A model generated the notes under the pieces. It had not been told where the DNA came from. It saw nothing but the letters and a program-made list of their open reading frames with translations, and did no database searches. Both the position numbers and the translations under genes were made by a program. Source: an uncultured Gammaproteobacteria bacterium (GTDB lineage: Bacteria; Patescibacteriota; Patescibacteriia; UBA9934). Taken from it: a DNA stretch of 64,000 nucleotides. Where the stretch lies: the NCBI GenBank assembly GCA_964569575.1, contig CAZMTL010000003.1, forward strand, positions 7,197 to 71,196. The letters are read 5' to 3'. Position 1 is the stretch's first letter, and every line of letters starts with the position of its first letter. Below, piece by piece: positions 19,002-29,077 of the stretch.

Positions 19002-19843
19002 AAAAGCGGTGCAATAAATAAACATTTTTCAAAAAAACTAGTACGTGCGCGACCAAGAAACGGGTTACAATCCTGCGCCTCTAACTTCTCCAAAATCGCT
19101 TCGTACAACCTAGACGCCACGCGCACAGAAAACCGACCACCTCGATTGAGCATCGGAATCCCCAGGTCCGCCTCGCGATACAGTGCCCGAGCACGAGCGA
19201 TTTCAAACTGCATCAACTGCTTAAACGCGTCATCAAAACGTCGTTCAACAATCTGCTCACGCGTCACTCCGAAACGCTTCAAATCTTCTTCCGGCAAATA
19301 AACGCGCCCGCGTTCAATCATGTCCTCGTCCACATCTCGCAAAAAATTCGTCAGCTGCATCGCGTATCCAAGCGCTTCAGCATACCCAAGCGCACGCGCG
19401 TCCGAATACCCAATTACATACGTCATCATCAACCCAACAACAGCCGCGGAACCATACATATAGCCTTTCAAATCTTCGTACGTGGCATAAGAATCTACAA
19501 ACACATCCTGCTCCATTGCATCCAAAAATGCTTCGCTATATTCAAACGGAATTCCATATCGCGAAAACACCTCCGCCGTCGCGCGCAAAACAGGGTGATC
19601 ACTCTCGCCCGTCGCATATGCACTTCGCCACTTCTCTCGCCACGCACTCAACTCCGCTCGAACATCTTCCTGCGTACGTTCACCTGCAAAATCAACAACG
19701 TCGTCTGGCACCCGAAAAAACGCATATAACACAAACGTCGCCTCGCGCAATTCACGCGAAAAAAACTTCGTCGCAAAATAATAACTCTTCCCATGCTTAC
19801 GATGAATCGCCTCGCAATACGCCACGTCAGTCGCAAGCAACAT
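18974..19843 (-). CDS. crtB: phytoene synthase CrtB (squalene/phytoene synthase family)
   Basis: YCEAIHRKHGKSYYFATKFF...FFRVPDDVVD and a second Asp-rich motif. Confidence 0.8.
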   Translation of the reverse strand: MLLATDVAYCEAIHRKHGKSYYFATKFFSRELREATFVLYAFFRVPDDVVDFAGERTQEDVRAELSAWREKWRSAYATGESDHPVLRATAEVFSRYGIPFEYSEAFLDAMEQDVFVDSYATYEDLKGYMYGSAAVVGLMMTYVIGYSDARALGYAEALGYAMQLTNFLRDVDEDMIERGRVYLPEEDLKRFGVTREQIVERRFDDAFKQLMQFEIARARALYREADLGIPMLNRGGRFSVRVASRLYEAILEKLEAQDCNPFLGRARTSFFEKCLFIAPLLWQSLKERT

Positions 19844-19844
19844 A

Positions 19845-20888
19845 TTACGAAAGTCGTTTTACAATCTTGCCAAGCAAATCCGAAAACTGACCGCGCAACT
19901 CATCCTTCACAGCACCACTGTCCAAAACAGATTTCGCCGACTCGAAATGACCATCCATAATCTGCCGTACGTTCTGCACAACGTCATTCTTTTCAAAAAA
20001 ATCCCGTAACTGCCCTCGCTCTTCTTCCCGAAAATCTCGTCCAAAAAATCCTTCAAAAAACTCCTTATCTTCCACACTTCCTTCCGACCGAATCTTCATC
20101 GACAAATACGTATGCTGACCATCTCGCACATCCGAAAACAATCGCTTTCCGGTCTTTTCCTCGTCCCCAATCACATCAAGTAAATCATCCTGAATCTGAA
20201 ACCCAATCCCAAGCTCACGCCCGAACGCATCAGCAAAAGCAAAGTAATCACCATTCAGCCCCGCAAGCGCAAACCCAATCCGCAACGGTCGCACAAACGT
20301 ATAACTCGCCGTTTTAAAATACATCTTCGCTAAAATATCTGCTTGCTCGGCCTGCGCGCTAGTCATCAAATCAACATCCAACATCTGACCAACGACCACT
20401 TCATCCATCATCATCCGCACCTCACGCCAAGCAGCTGCATTCGCACCAATCGAAGAATACAACGCATCCAAGGCCCATCCGAACACTAAATCACCTACTA
20501 ACACGGCCTGACTATTAGAAAGATGTCCCACGTCACCTCGCGCCTCGCGCGCAAGCATCGTCCGCAAAAAATACGCATGCACTGTCTCCTCCCCACGCCG
20601 CAACGCCGCACGATCAATCACGTCGTCATGAATCAAGCAAAACGCATGAAACAATTCAATCCCAACCAACGCCGAAACAATCTCTTCCCGCGACTTCCCG
20701 CCCGCCGTATACGCAAGTGCAATAATATAAGGACGAATCCGCTTCCCCGTCGCACTAATCCGCTGCACCCGCCTTAAAGCATCGAGCAATTCTTGATTGT
20801 CGGTCATTCCCGCCACCTCCAAAATTCGATCCGAAATCACCTCCGAAAACCGTGGATCAAACCACTCCCGAAATTCCTGTAGAGACAT
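19845..20888 (-). CDS. crtE: polyprenyl synthetase (GGPP synthase, CrtE/IdsA-like)
   Basis: FARM motif LIHDDVID and SARM motif GFQIQDDLLD. The start was taken at the internal ATG. Confidence 0.75.
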   Translation of the reverse strand: MSLQEFREWFDPRFSEVISDRILEVAGMTDNQELLDALRRVQRISATGKRIRPYIIALAYTAGGKSREEIVSALVGIELFHAFCLIHDDVIDRAALRRGEETVHAYFLRTMLAREARGDVGHLSNSQAVLVGDLVFGWALDALYSSIGANAAAWREVRMMMDEVVVGQMLDVDLMTSAQAEQADILAKMYFKTASYTFVRPLRIGFALAGLNGDYFAFADAFGRELGIGFQIQDDLLDVIGDEEKTGKRLFSDVRDGQHTYLSMKIRSEGSVEDKEFFEGFFGRDFREEERGQLRDFFEKNDVVQNVRQIMDGHFESAKSVLDSGAVKDELRGQFSDLLGKIVKRLS

Positions 20889-20988
20889 AGTGCACCAAAT
20901 ATAACAAAAAGAGGCAGATTTGGGAAAATGAAACAAATAAAAAACACCCCTTACTGCTCCTAATATTCAAACCAGAAACAAAAAGGGG

Positions 20989-21078
20989 TGGCGGAGAGAG
21001 AGGGATTCGAACCCTCGATACCCGTAAAGGCATACACGATTTCGAGTCGTGCGCTTTCGACCACTCAGCCATCTCTCC
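20989..21078 (-). tRNA. tRNA-Ser (anticodon CGA), long variable arm, CCA encoded
   Basis: The reverse complement gives GGAGAGATGGCTGAGTGGTCGAAAGCGCACGACTCGAAATCGTG...GGTTCGAATCCCTCTCTCTCCGCCA. Confidence 0.85.
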
Positions 21079-21149
21079 AAAAACACCACCAAATTATCAC
21101 GACCACAAAAGTTGAGCAACGTACAACAAACCGAGTACAATAAAGCTAT

Positions 21150-21503
21150 ATGCGCACAACAAAGCCAGCCGGCTCAATTCCCGACTATATAAAATCGGCT
21201 CCAAAAGAAGTCCAACCCATCCTGAAAAAAATCTACAAAATCATCCAATCAGCCGCGCCAGAAGCAGTCGAAAGTATCACCTACGGAATGCCTGCCTTCA
21301 AACTGAACAAAAAACCCCTCGCCTACTTCGCCGCCTTCAAACACCACATCGGCCTCTACCCACCCGCTCCAAAATCCCTAACGAAGGAGGTAAAAAAATA
21401 CGCCGGCCCAAAAAACAACCTAAAATTCCCACTAGACGAACCAATTCCTTACGTGCTGATTAAGAAAATCATTCAGACACGGACGAAGGAGATGAAAGAA
21501 TAA
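21150..21503 (+). CDS. DUF1801-domain protein (YdhG-like)
   Basis: YIKSAPKEVQPILKKIYKII...AFKHHIGLYP pattern. TACAAT lies 8 nt upstream of the ATG. Confidence 0.5.
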   Translation: MRTTKPAGSIPDYIKSAPKEVQPILKKIYKIIQSAAPEAVESITYGMPAFKLNKKPLAYFAAFKHHIGLYPPAPKSLTKEVKKYAGPKNNLKFPLDEPIPYVLIKKIIQTRTKEMKE

Positions 21504-21619
21504 CTCCGGACTCAAAACGCTAACCTTGATAGACCTGATCGGATTCAAATCGATATATCGCGGGTGACAATTCTGCGTGAATTGACGCTATTCTACAGGC
21601 CCATACTTGCCTCAAAAGA

Positions 21620-21662
21620 AATAAAATACTCCCTCACAATAAAGTGATGGGAGTATTTTTTT
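21620..21662. terminator. bidirectional terminator ATACTCCCTCAC-loop-GTGATGGGAGTAT + TTTTTTT
   Basis: A 12-bp stem lies between convergent genes. Confidence 0.65.
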
Positions 21663-21750
21663 GTCACCCACGAATAACCTCGAAAGATTCACACCGGATG
21701 ATTTCAACGTAACAAATCGCTGCATCATCAATAAAATATCAACTACAACC

Positions 21751-22248
21751 CTACACCATCTCATCCTTCTTAATCTTCTCCACCAAGGGCCCATCTTCCA
21801 GTCGGACTTTAAACTGATCAAAAATCGTCACGTCAAAAGTTGTATGGTGTGGGCGGACAACTTTTTCGAAAATGATTCCTTTTTCCTCAAGATCGTAAAC
21901 AAAATCTTCCAACTGTCCGGACTTGGGATACAATTCAATATGATCAAACCCGCTCACCTGACTTCCGTCCGGCTTCTGATCCGACAATTCCAAAAACGAA
22001 ATGTCACCCAACGACGTCGCGATCGGAGTCAAAAACTTTACAATCGCAATCCGTCGCTTCGAAATAATCGATTGGTACACAAACACACTCTCCCCTTCAA
22101 ACATCGCCCTCATCCGCTCAAACTCCTCCGCACTCTCGCACTTAAAACAAATGTGATCCGCCACCGCATCCGGCGCAACCCGCAAAACCCACTCATCAAA
22201 CCGCGAAACAATCACGCGTGCTTGAGTAAAAAAATCTTGAATATTCAT
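21751..22248 (-). CDS. YecM-like VOC-fold protein
   Basis: ADHICFKCESAEEFERMRAMFE and FDHIELYP resemble the YecM family. Confidence 0.45.
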   Translation of the reverse strand: MNIQDFFTQARVIVSRFDEWVLRVAPDAVADHICFKCESAEEFERMRAMFEGESVFVYQSIISKRRIAIVKFLTPIATSLGDISFLELSDQKPDGSQVSGFDHIELYPKSGQLEDFVYDLEEKGIIFEKVVRPHHTTFDVTIFDQFKVRLEDGPLVEKIKKDEMV

Positions 22249-22337
22249 ACATAGACAGTATAACATCAGGAAAGGAACGCATTGCCTCAATCACAAAAAA
22301 AGACTAAAATACTTCAATCAATCTTCAGAAACCTACT

Positions 22338-23324
22338 ATGAACATTCTTGTCACCGGCGGAGCTGGATTTATTGGGTCAAACCTTGTTCGTCGACTACTC
22401 GCCTCGGGCCACCAAGTAACAGCCTACGACGCCCTTACAACGGGAGTAAAAAAGAACCTTGAAGGCGTAGATGTTGAATTAATCGAAGACAACATCATCA
22501 ACTTCGACGCGCACGATGTCTCAAAATTCGACGCCATCATCCACCTTGGAATGCCAAGCACCATGATGATTTACCGAAACGATTCAGTAGGAGCAACTCA
22601 GGAGGCAACCGTTGGAATGCACAAAATTCTTGAAGCGTGCCGAAAACACAACATCAAACTGATTTTCGCAAGTTCATCAAGCGTCTATAACGGACTCGAA
22701 CTGCCACACCACGAAGAACGCGAAGTGCTCATCAAAGACTTCTACACCGAAGCACGCATCACCATGGAACGCCTCGCGAAACTCTACACAGATTTATACG
22801 GCATCAACTCTATCGGCTTCCGATTCTTCGCTGTTTATGGCCCTCACGAAGAAGCGAAAAAAGGCTACGCAAACATGATTTCACAATTCATGTGGGGAAT
22901 TATGAAGGGTGAGCCGCTTCAAGTATTCGGAGACGGTACACAAACACGCGACTTCACCTACGTAGATGACGTAACACGCATTCTGGAAGAAGCCCTTACA
23001 AAGAAATTTGATCGAACCGAAATTTTCAACATCGGAACATCACACAACTACACCTTTAACGACATTATTGCGGCTATTGGAAAAGAATTGGGAATCGAGC
23101 CAAAAATCGACTACATCGAAAATCCCATTCGAAACTACGTTCATTCACTTCTAGCCGACACAACAAAGTTGAATCAACATTTTGGCAAAGCCGAAATTCA
23201 ACTCGAAGAAGGGGTGAAGCGATTAGCGGACTACTACCGAAGCGAATCAACTCCACCGGAAATGAAGGAGATGCTTAGCTACTACGTCTCGAACGTAAAA
23301 ACAAAAGACCCAAATGAAAAATAG
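22338..23324 (+). CDS. NAD-dependent epimerase/dehydratase (UDP-sugar 4-epimerase-like)
   Basis: Rossmann N terminus ILVTGGAGFIGSNLVRRLL and a YxxxK-type catalytic region. Confidence 0.75.
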   Translation: MNILVTGGAGFIGSNLVRRLLASGHQVTAYDALTTGVKKNLEGVDVELIEDNIINFDAHDVSKFDAIIHLGMPSTMMIYRNDSVGATQEATVGMHKILEACRKHNIKLIFASSSSVYNGLELPHHEEREVLIKDFYTEARITMERLAKLYTDLYGINSIGFRFFAVYGPHEEAKKGYANMISQFMWGIMKGEPLQVFGDGTQTRDFTYVDDVTRILEEALTKKFDRTEIFNIGTSHNYTFNDIIAAIGKELGIEPKIDYIENPIRNYVHSLLADTTKLNQHFGKAEIQLEEGVKRLADYYRSESTPPEMKEMLSYYVSNVKTKDPNEK

Positions 23325-23334
23325 CTCACTCGAG

Positions 23335-24267
23335 CTATTTTTCTGTATGCACTACTTCACCTTGTTTCGCGCCCCCTTCAATCACCGCGTTCGCATTCAC
23401 CACACAGTCTTCCAATCGCGCATCCGACACACGCGCACCGGCGAGCACAATACAATTTTTCAAATGTGAACGCTCCACCTTGGCCGTTGCGTGCACATGA
23501 TTCACACCTTCAAACACATTCCCAAGCGAATCATCGAACAATTCCGCAGGCACATCCTGATCTGCAACACGCTTATGCGCATCCATATACGCATTCATGG
23601 TTCCAATATCATTCCAATAGCCATCAAATGTATACACCTTGGGCGTTAACCCATTTTTCAAAAAATGTTCAAACATCCCGCCAAGCCGATCGGGCGTTTT
23701 CGCCGCCAGCTCGTGCAATAACCCAAACGCGGTTTGCGGCACATAAAAACAACACGTCGCCACCAACGTCGAACGCGGCGCCTGTGGCTTTTCTTCAAAA
23801 TCAATCAAACTCTCGCCTTCCGCAACCGCAACACCATATTTCTTCGCCTCTTCCAACGACTTCACGTCATACACGGCAAGCATCGGGTCGACACCGGCGC
23901 GCGAAATAAAATCATCAATCGAAAACGAAAACACATTATCACCTCCCAAAATCAATAAATCATCCTGCAAATCATTCTTCTCCAAAAACAACGAAACCGC
24001 TCCAAGCGAACCCTTCTTTGTTTCTTCAGAAAACGCATCTTCCACAAAAACCGTAATTTTATACTCAGGATGCAGCGCCTTCCATTCCTCAAACGCCGGC
24101 GCAAAAAACGCATTCGTGCTCACAAAAATTTCGTGCACCGCGTCCACGCTCGACAAAATACGCGAAATAACCGAACGACTCCCAAGTGGCAACAAGGGTT
24201 TCGCTTTTTGCAATGTAATTGGGTGCAATCGCTTAGCAAATCCGCCAGCTAACAACAAAATCTTCAT
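23335..24267 (-). CDS. sugar-phosphate nucleotidyltransferase with C-terminal left-handed beta-helix
   Basis: MKILLLAGGFAKRLHPITLQKAKPLLPLG nucleotidyltransferase motif. Confidence 0.65.
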   Translation of the reverse strand: MKILLLAGGFAKRLHPITLQKAKPLLPLGSRSVISRILSSVDAVHEIFVSTNAFFAPAFEEWKALHPEYKITVFVEDAFSEETKKGSLGAVSLFLEKNDLQDDLLILGGDNVFSFSIDDFISRAGVDPMLAVYDVKSLEEAKKYGVAVAEGESLIDFEEKPQAPRSTLVATCCFYVPQTAFGLLHELAAKTPDRLGGMFEHFLKNGLTPKVYTFDGYWNDIGTMNAYMDAHKRVADQDVPAELFDDSLGNVFEGVNHVHATAKVERSHLKNCIVLAGARVSDARLEDCVVNANAVIEGGAKQGEVVHTEK

Positions 24268-24379
24268 ACGCCTTTGTTTTATCACAAAAACAAATTATTC
24301 GAAACCAAAACGCTCACATTCACCATCACCATTTCCTGCGCTCTATGTTATAATTCCCCTATAAATATCGTGATCATCT

Positions 24380-25249
24380 ATGAATATCAGAACCGCTATT
24401 ATTCCTGTTGCCGGCATGGGAACTCGATTTCTTCCAGCAACAAAAGCTCAGCCAAAAGAAATGCTTGCCGTGGTAGACAAACCCGTCATTCAATACATTG
24501 TTGAAGAAGCTGTATCTGCCGGAATCGAAAACATCATTTTCGTGACAGCAATTGGAAAACGAGCCCTGGAAGATCACTTCGACCGCAACTTCGAGCTAGA
24601 ATACCGACTCGAACAAAAGAAAAAAACAAACGAACTAGAACTGGTACAGCGCATCGGAAAATTGGCGAAATTTTCATTCGTTCGCCAAGACAAACCACTC
24701 GGTGACGGTCATGCAATCCTAACCGCCCTGCCATTTGTTGATCCAAACGAACCTGTCGCGGTACTATTCGGAGACGACATCATCGACGCAAAAAAACCGG
24801 TCATTGGACAGCTCATCGAAACCTACAAAAAATACGGAGACCCGGTAGCAGCAGTGCAAGAAGTCCCTAAAAAAGACGTATCTTCGTACGGAGTAATCGG
24901 CGGAAAAGCTATCAACGAAACCGTTTGGGAAGTAAACAAATTCGTCGAAAAACCAGCGATCAGCGAAGCCCCTTCAAATCTAGCAATTGTTGGTCGATAC
25001 GTGATCACGCCCGAAATCATGCACCTGCTTAAAACACAAAAAGCTGGAAAAGATGGCGAAATTCGACTCGCCGACGCGTTCATCACTCACCTCAAAAACG
25101 GCCGACCAATCTACGGAAAGAAATTTGAAGGCGTGCGCTACGACTGCGGAAACAAACTACAGTTCATTCGAGCGCAAATCGAACTTGGATTAAAACATCC
25201 AGAAGTGAAAAAAGGACTAAAAGCGTATTTAAAAAAACTTGGCCTATGA
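24380..25249 (+). CDS. galU: UTP--glucose-1-phosphate uridylyltransferase GalU
   Basis: AIIPVAGMGTRFLPATKAQPKEMLAVVDKPVIQYIVEEA. Confidence 0.8.
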   Translation: MNIRTAIIPVAGMGTRFLPATKAQPKEMLAVVDKPVIQYIVEEAVSAGIENIIFVTAIGKRALEDHFDRNFELEYRLEQKKKTNELELVQRIGKLAKFSFVRQDKPLGDGHAILTALPFVDPNEPVAVLFGDDIIDAKKPVIGQLIETYKKYGDPVAAVQEVPKKDVSSYGVIGGKAINETVWEVNKFVEKPAISEAPSNLAIVGRYVITPEIMHLLKTQKAGKDGEIRLADAFITHLKNGRPIYGKKFEGVRYDCGNKLQFIRAQIELGLKHPEVKKGLKAYLKKLGL

Positions 25250-26640
25250 AGCACTTCAAAAGAATAACCTCTACCTTGCTTGCCCTAAGCGTCTTTGTGT
25301 TCGTCGGGCAAGGGTGTATTGGTGGCGGAGGATCAACCGCAGGACAAACCATTCCACAGGTCACACTGGAATACTGGCGCGTGTTCGATGGTGAAGAAAG
25401 TTTCCGCACAACCATCAACGCGTACCGGGCTCTACATCCAAACGTACGTATCAACTACCGACGACTGCGATTCGATGAATACGAGCAAGAATTACTCCAA
25501 GCCTTCGCCGAAGGACGCGGTCCGGACATCCTTTCCATTCACAACACGTGGATGAAAGAATATCAACCACTGCTTCAGCCAATGCCAGCGTCCGTAACCA
25601 TCGTGCAGCAAGAACAGCGTGGTAGCCTGCGAAAAGAAGTGGTGAACGTCGCCGTAGAAAAACCAACTATTTCACAAAAAAATCTACGCGAACAATACGT
25701 AGACACGGTTCCCCTCGACGTTATTCTGACCGATCCAGATGCTCAACAAGGCAGCGCCGACAAAATCTACGGTCTTCCTCTTTCGGTCGACACCCTAGCC
25801 CTGTTCTACAATCGAGATCTACTAAACAGCGCCGGCATCGCAACTCCTGCGACAGACTGGCAAACATTGATGGATCATGTAGAAACGCTCACAACGCTAA
25901 ATACGTCAGGTGATGTCCTACAAGCAGGAATCCCTCTTGGAACAGCAGAGAACGTGGAAAGATCAGCCGATATCCTCTCACTGCTGATGATGCAAACCGG
26001 CACAAATATGACCGACGAACGAGGCCGAATCGCCTTCCACACAGCTCCAGCCGGATTCGCAAACGATCTTCCAGCCGTAAACGCGCTTCAGTTCTACACC
26101 GATTTCGCACGCCCAGTACAAAGCGTCTACACATGGAACGACGACATGCCAAATTCATTCGAAGCATTCACAAACGGAACAGCGGCCTACTTCCTTGGAT
26201 ACAGCTACCACACGCCACTCATCCAAACAGCAGCGCCACGACTGAACTTCGGTGTTTCAACCGTGCCACAAATTGCTGGTTCGCAAGAAGTAAACTACGC
26301 AAACTACTGGATCGAAACAGTCTCAAAACAAACCGAATTCAGTGACTGGGCATGGGATTTTCTCCAGTTCGCTTCTCAGCCAGCGAATGTGACAAGCTAC
26401 TTGAACGCAACAAAAAAACCAACCGCTCTTCGACTTCTACGCGAAGAACAGTTGGACGATGAGTTGATCGGTCCATTTGCAGAACAACTTCTGACAGCAA
26501 AAACATGGTACCGCGGTCGCGATGTCGGAGCAGCAGAAACAGCCCTACGACAATTAATCAACGACATTCTAAACGGCACCTACCAAAGTCCCGAGGAAGC
26601 CCTCACCGTTGCCGCAAACAAAGTAAGTCAAACCCTATAA
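25246..26640 (+). CDS. ABC-transporter substrate-binding (extracellular solute-binding family 1-like) lipoprotein, orphan
   Basis: The signal/lipobox-like N terminus is followed by a solute-binding-protein-sized domain. ATGA overlap with galU. No permease or ATPase gene is adjacent. Confidence 0.55.
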   Translation: MKHFKRITSTLLALSVFVFVGQGCIGGGGSTAGQTIPQVTLEYWRVFDGEESFRTTINAYRALHPNVRINYRRLRFDEYEQELLQAFAEGRGPDILSIHNTWMKEYQPLLQPMPASVTIVQQEQRGSLRKEVVNVAVEKPTISQKNLREQYVDTVPLDVILTDPDAQQGSADKIYGLPLSVDTLALFYNRDLLNSAGIATPATDWQTLMDHVETLTTLNTSGDVLQAGIPLGTAENVERSADILSLLMMQTGTNMTDERGRIAFHTAPAGFANDLPAVNALQFYTDFARPVQSVYTWNDDMPNSFEAFTNGTAAYFLGYSYHTPLIQTAAPRLNFGVSTVPQIAGSQEVNYANYWIETVSKQTEFSDWAWDFLQFASQPANVTSYLNATKKPTALRLLREEQLDDELIGPFAEQLLTAKTWYRGRDVGAAETALRQLINDILNGTYQSPEEALTVAANKVSQTL

Positions 26641-26665
26641 AAGCAGGCGAAAGCCTGTTTTTATT
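26641..26665 (+). terminator. terminator CAGGC-GAAA-GCCTG + TTTTT
   Basis: Seen in sequence. Confidence 0.55.
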
Positions 26666-26777
26666 ATTCCCGCCAAAAAACAAGAGGGGCCCCGAGCAGA
26701 ACACGCAGTCGCGCATTCAACTCAGAGCCCCGAAGCCCCGATCCCCACCACACGTAAGCGGTGAGGATATCAGACTT

Positions 26778-28835
26778 CTACTTCACCACGTCACAGGCGC
26801 AGCGTCCGACCTTCTTCAAGGCATGGACACAGAGCCGATCGTAATCCGCCTGCGTGATCACGCAAGCGGAAGCCGTGGCAGTTGGTACTGCTACGACCAC
26901 CATCTGACGCGTTTGCCACACCGCCAGAATGCCGGTTGTGGCTACGGTGCCGAGGATGACCAGGGTCATCGTACGGCTGACAGCACGGCTGGCCGCGTAA
27001 GCCATGGTTCCGTAGACGTCCTTGTCGTTGACCTTCGGTCCGAGCATCGTCAGGAGCTCGGCACAGAGACCAAGAACAACGCCCGAAGTGGTGTAGAGCC
27101 ACCCCGCGAACCGAACGACCGAGCTGAAGCCGTGCATGGCCGGAAAGCCCGCCAGGTTGATCAGCAGGATCACCAACGACACGACGTTCGCGCGAACCGC
27201 GATACCGACAAGTCGAGGATGAGGAGGCTTGGCATGCGGGTTGCGCTCACGCTCCTTCTCGAGAAGCGAGAACACCCGACGCCGATCCTCTGCGCTCTGC
27301 TGAGCCCACCGTTGCAAGGGCTCGAGGTCAGAGACGCCCACCTTGACGAGGAGGTCCTTCATTGCGGTTGCGGGGAACGTGAGCCAGTTGGGGTTCGGGA
27401 TGAACCCTCCCAGCATGCTGATGACGTCGTCCTGCAGTCGAGCGATCAGCCGACCAAGGAAGACGAGTACGGCGCCCGAAGCCGAAACGGTCAACAGGAG
27501 CGCGTGCAGCCACGCGGGTCCCGAAAAACCGATGATGGCCGGAACCGCCATGGTGCCGACGAAGGTAAACGCGTGCAGGAAGTACCCGCCCACGATCGCC
27601 AACCACGGCACCACCATGAACACCAGGAAGGTGCCCAAGGCCAGCACGGATCCGCCACCCATCATCACCGCCAGGACTCGAATGAGCCAGGGCAGGTCAC
27701 GGAAGCGGCCTTCACGCAGGTTGGTGAACTGCCGCACGAACCAGGCCCGGATCAGCGGAACCGGCACGAACCGATCGATCTGGTCCATGCCCCAGGCATA
27801 CCAGCTCGGCGTATGCATCGTGGAGATGTCCACGACGAACTTGCCAAGCGCGGCATGGATCTGCGCAGGAGTCGACGCGTCGTTGAGCTCCGGCAGAATG
27901 CTGATGAGCGCCTGCGGATTGTTCCTCGCAAGCGTGATCAGCCCCTCGAAAGCGCTGTAGGCAAAGCCGTCGTAGGACGGCGGCAGCTGCCCCAGAATCC
28001 ACCCCTCACGTCCGGGGGTGAAGTTCGCAATACGACCACCAGGCATGACCTGATTCAGTCGTTCCTGCGCCTGGTCGGTGTCGCGGTACATGTACCACAC
28101 CAAGTTCCAGTACAGGATGTAGAACCCTGGCAAGAGGTGTTCCGGACACTGCTGCAGGAAGGTCTTGGCGACCCCTGCGTCGGTCGGCGGCTCGCCTTCC
28201 GGCTCCTCGTCCGGACTCACCGTCTCGACGACGATCGTAACCACATCGTTAGGGAAGCAGTCACGACAGAAGGCCTTGTGGAGATTCTCGAGAACCTCGA
28301 GACCACTCAGCTCAATCGAACGGTGATCGCCGGAAACCCCACACAGCACGCCCTTTCGATGAATGTTGTGCTGCCGATGTGGCCCGGTCTGGAACTTCTT
28401 CTCTTCCAGATCGCGCTTTTCGCTCGAGTTGTTCCACGAGTCCATAATGCGCGCCTTCAGGTCATCCTCACTCAAATCGCCATTCGAAAGGATGTTCTTT
28501 GCCATGGAGGCAAAGTTACCAATGAACATGCCGATCGGGTATCGAATAACCAGCGGAACACCCTTCATGCTCTTCACGGTCTCGCCCATCAACTGACCCA
28601 GGAAGATTCGTACGGGCACAGGAATGGCCACGAAGGCGCGGTAGACAAACTCCCAGAAGGGAGCCTTACCGAGCGCCTCCTTCAGGCTATCGCGATGCTC
28701 ATGGAAGAACTTCCCCATGAACTTACGCAGAAGCTCTTGAGTGCCTTGATCGATGGTCTCACCGACCACCGACTCCAGCCCGGGCACGGCGTCGATTCCC
28801 TTCTTGAATTCACGCACCAGCAGGTCGATATTCAT
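26778..28835 (-). CDS. uncharacterised 685-aa polytopic membrane protein (about 390-aa N-terminal soluble domain plus 6 or more TM helices) in the high-GC island
   Basis: The minus-strand ORF has clear TM helices. A GGAG Shine-Dalgarno sits 6 nt upstream of the internal ATG (MNIDLL), and GC is about 62%. Confidence 0.5.
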   Translation of the reverse strand: MNIDLLVREFKKGIDAVPGLESVVGETIDQGTQELLRKFMGKFFHEHRDSLKEALGKAPFWEFVYRAFVAIPVPVRIFLGQLMGETVKSMKGVPLVIRYPIGMFIGNFASMAKNILSNGDLSEDDLKARIMDSWNNSSEKRDLEEKKFQTGPHRQHNIHRKGVLCGVSGDHRSIELSGLEVLENLHKAFCRDCFPNDVVTIVVETVSPDEEPEGEPPTDAGVAKTFLQQCPEHLLPGFYILYWNLVWYMYRDTDQAQERLNQVMPGGRIANFTPGREGWILGQLPPSYDGFAYSAFEGLITLARNNPQALISILPELNDASTPAQIHAALGKFVVDISTMHTPSWYAWGMDQIDRFVPVPLIRAWFVRQFTNLREGRFRDLPWLIRVLAVMMGGGSVLALGTFLVFMVVPWLAIVGGYFLHAFTFVGTMAVPAIIGFSGPAWLHALLLTVSASGAVLVFLGRLIARLQDDVISMLGGFIPNPNWLTFPATAMKDLLVKVGVSDLEPLQRWAQQSAEDRRRVFSLLEKERERNPHAKPPHPRLVGIAVRANVVSLVILLINLAGFPAMHGFSSVVRFAGWLYTTSGVVLGLCAELLTMLGPKVNDKDVYGTMAYAASRAVSRTMTLVILGTVATTGILAVWQTRQMVVVAVPTATASACVITQADYDRLCVHALKKVGRCACDVVK

Positions 28836-28940
28836 GTTGCACTCCACGCAGCTTAGCTGCATTTATGTTTCGGGATATTGAAGTAGAATGTGAAAGAATA
28901 TCCGCAATGCGGAACGCTAAAAAATAACAGATTTTAAGGC

Positions 28941-29011
28941 TTTTGTCAATGTTAAGTCATCAAAACAAACAAAGACTAATGAATGAAATACACGTGCCAA
29001 CATTGACAAAA
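28941..29011. promoter_or_regulatory. 13-bp inverted repeat TTTTGTCAATGTT ... AACATTGACAAAA in the AT-rich divergent promoter region of the island
   Basis: The two perfect arms are 45 bp apart. This is a candidate operator. Confidence 0.4.
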
Positions 29012-29077
29012 AGCATTTTTTCTGATAAATAAAGAGGTTCCGTAATTCACGGAAGCAAAACCACCAAGGAGTACATC

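Noticed and set aside
20857-21072. 71-aa minus-strand ORF
   Set aside because: It lies entirely over tRNA-Ser(CGA) and the crtE start region.
26505-28856. 783-aa plus-strand ORF spanning the high-GC island
   Set aside because: It is an Arg/His/Pro-rich low-complexity translation. It is the antisense shadow of the minus-strand 685-aa membrane protein, which has coherent TM helices and a Shine-Dalgarno site. High GC suppresses stop codons in the wrong frame.
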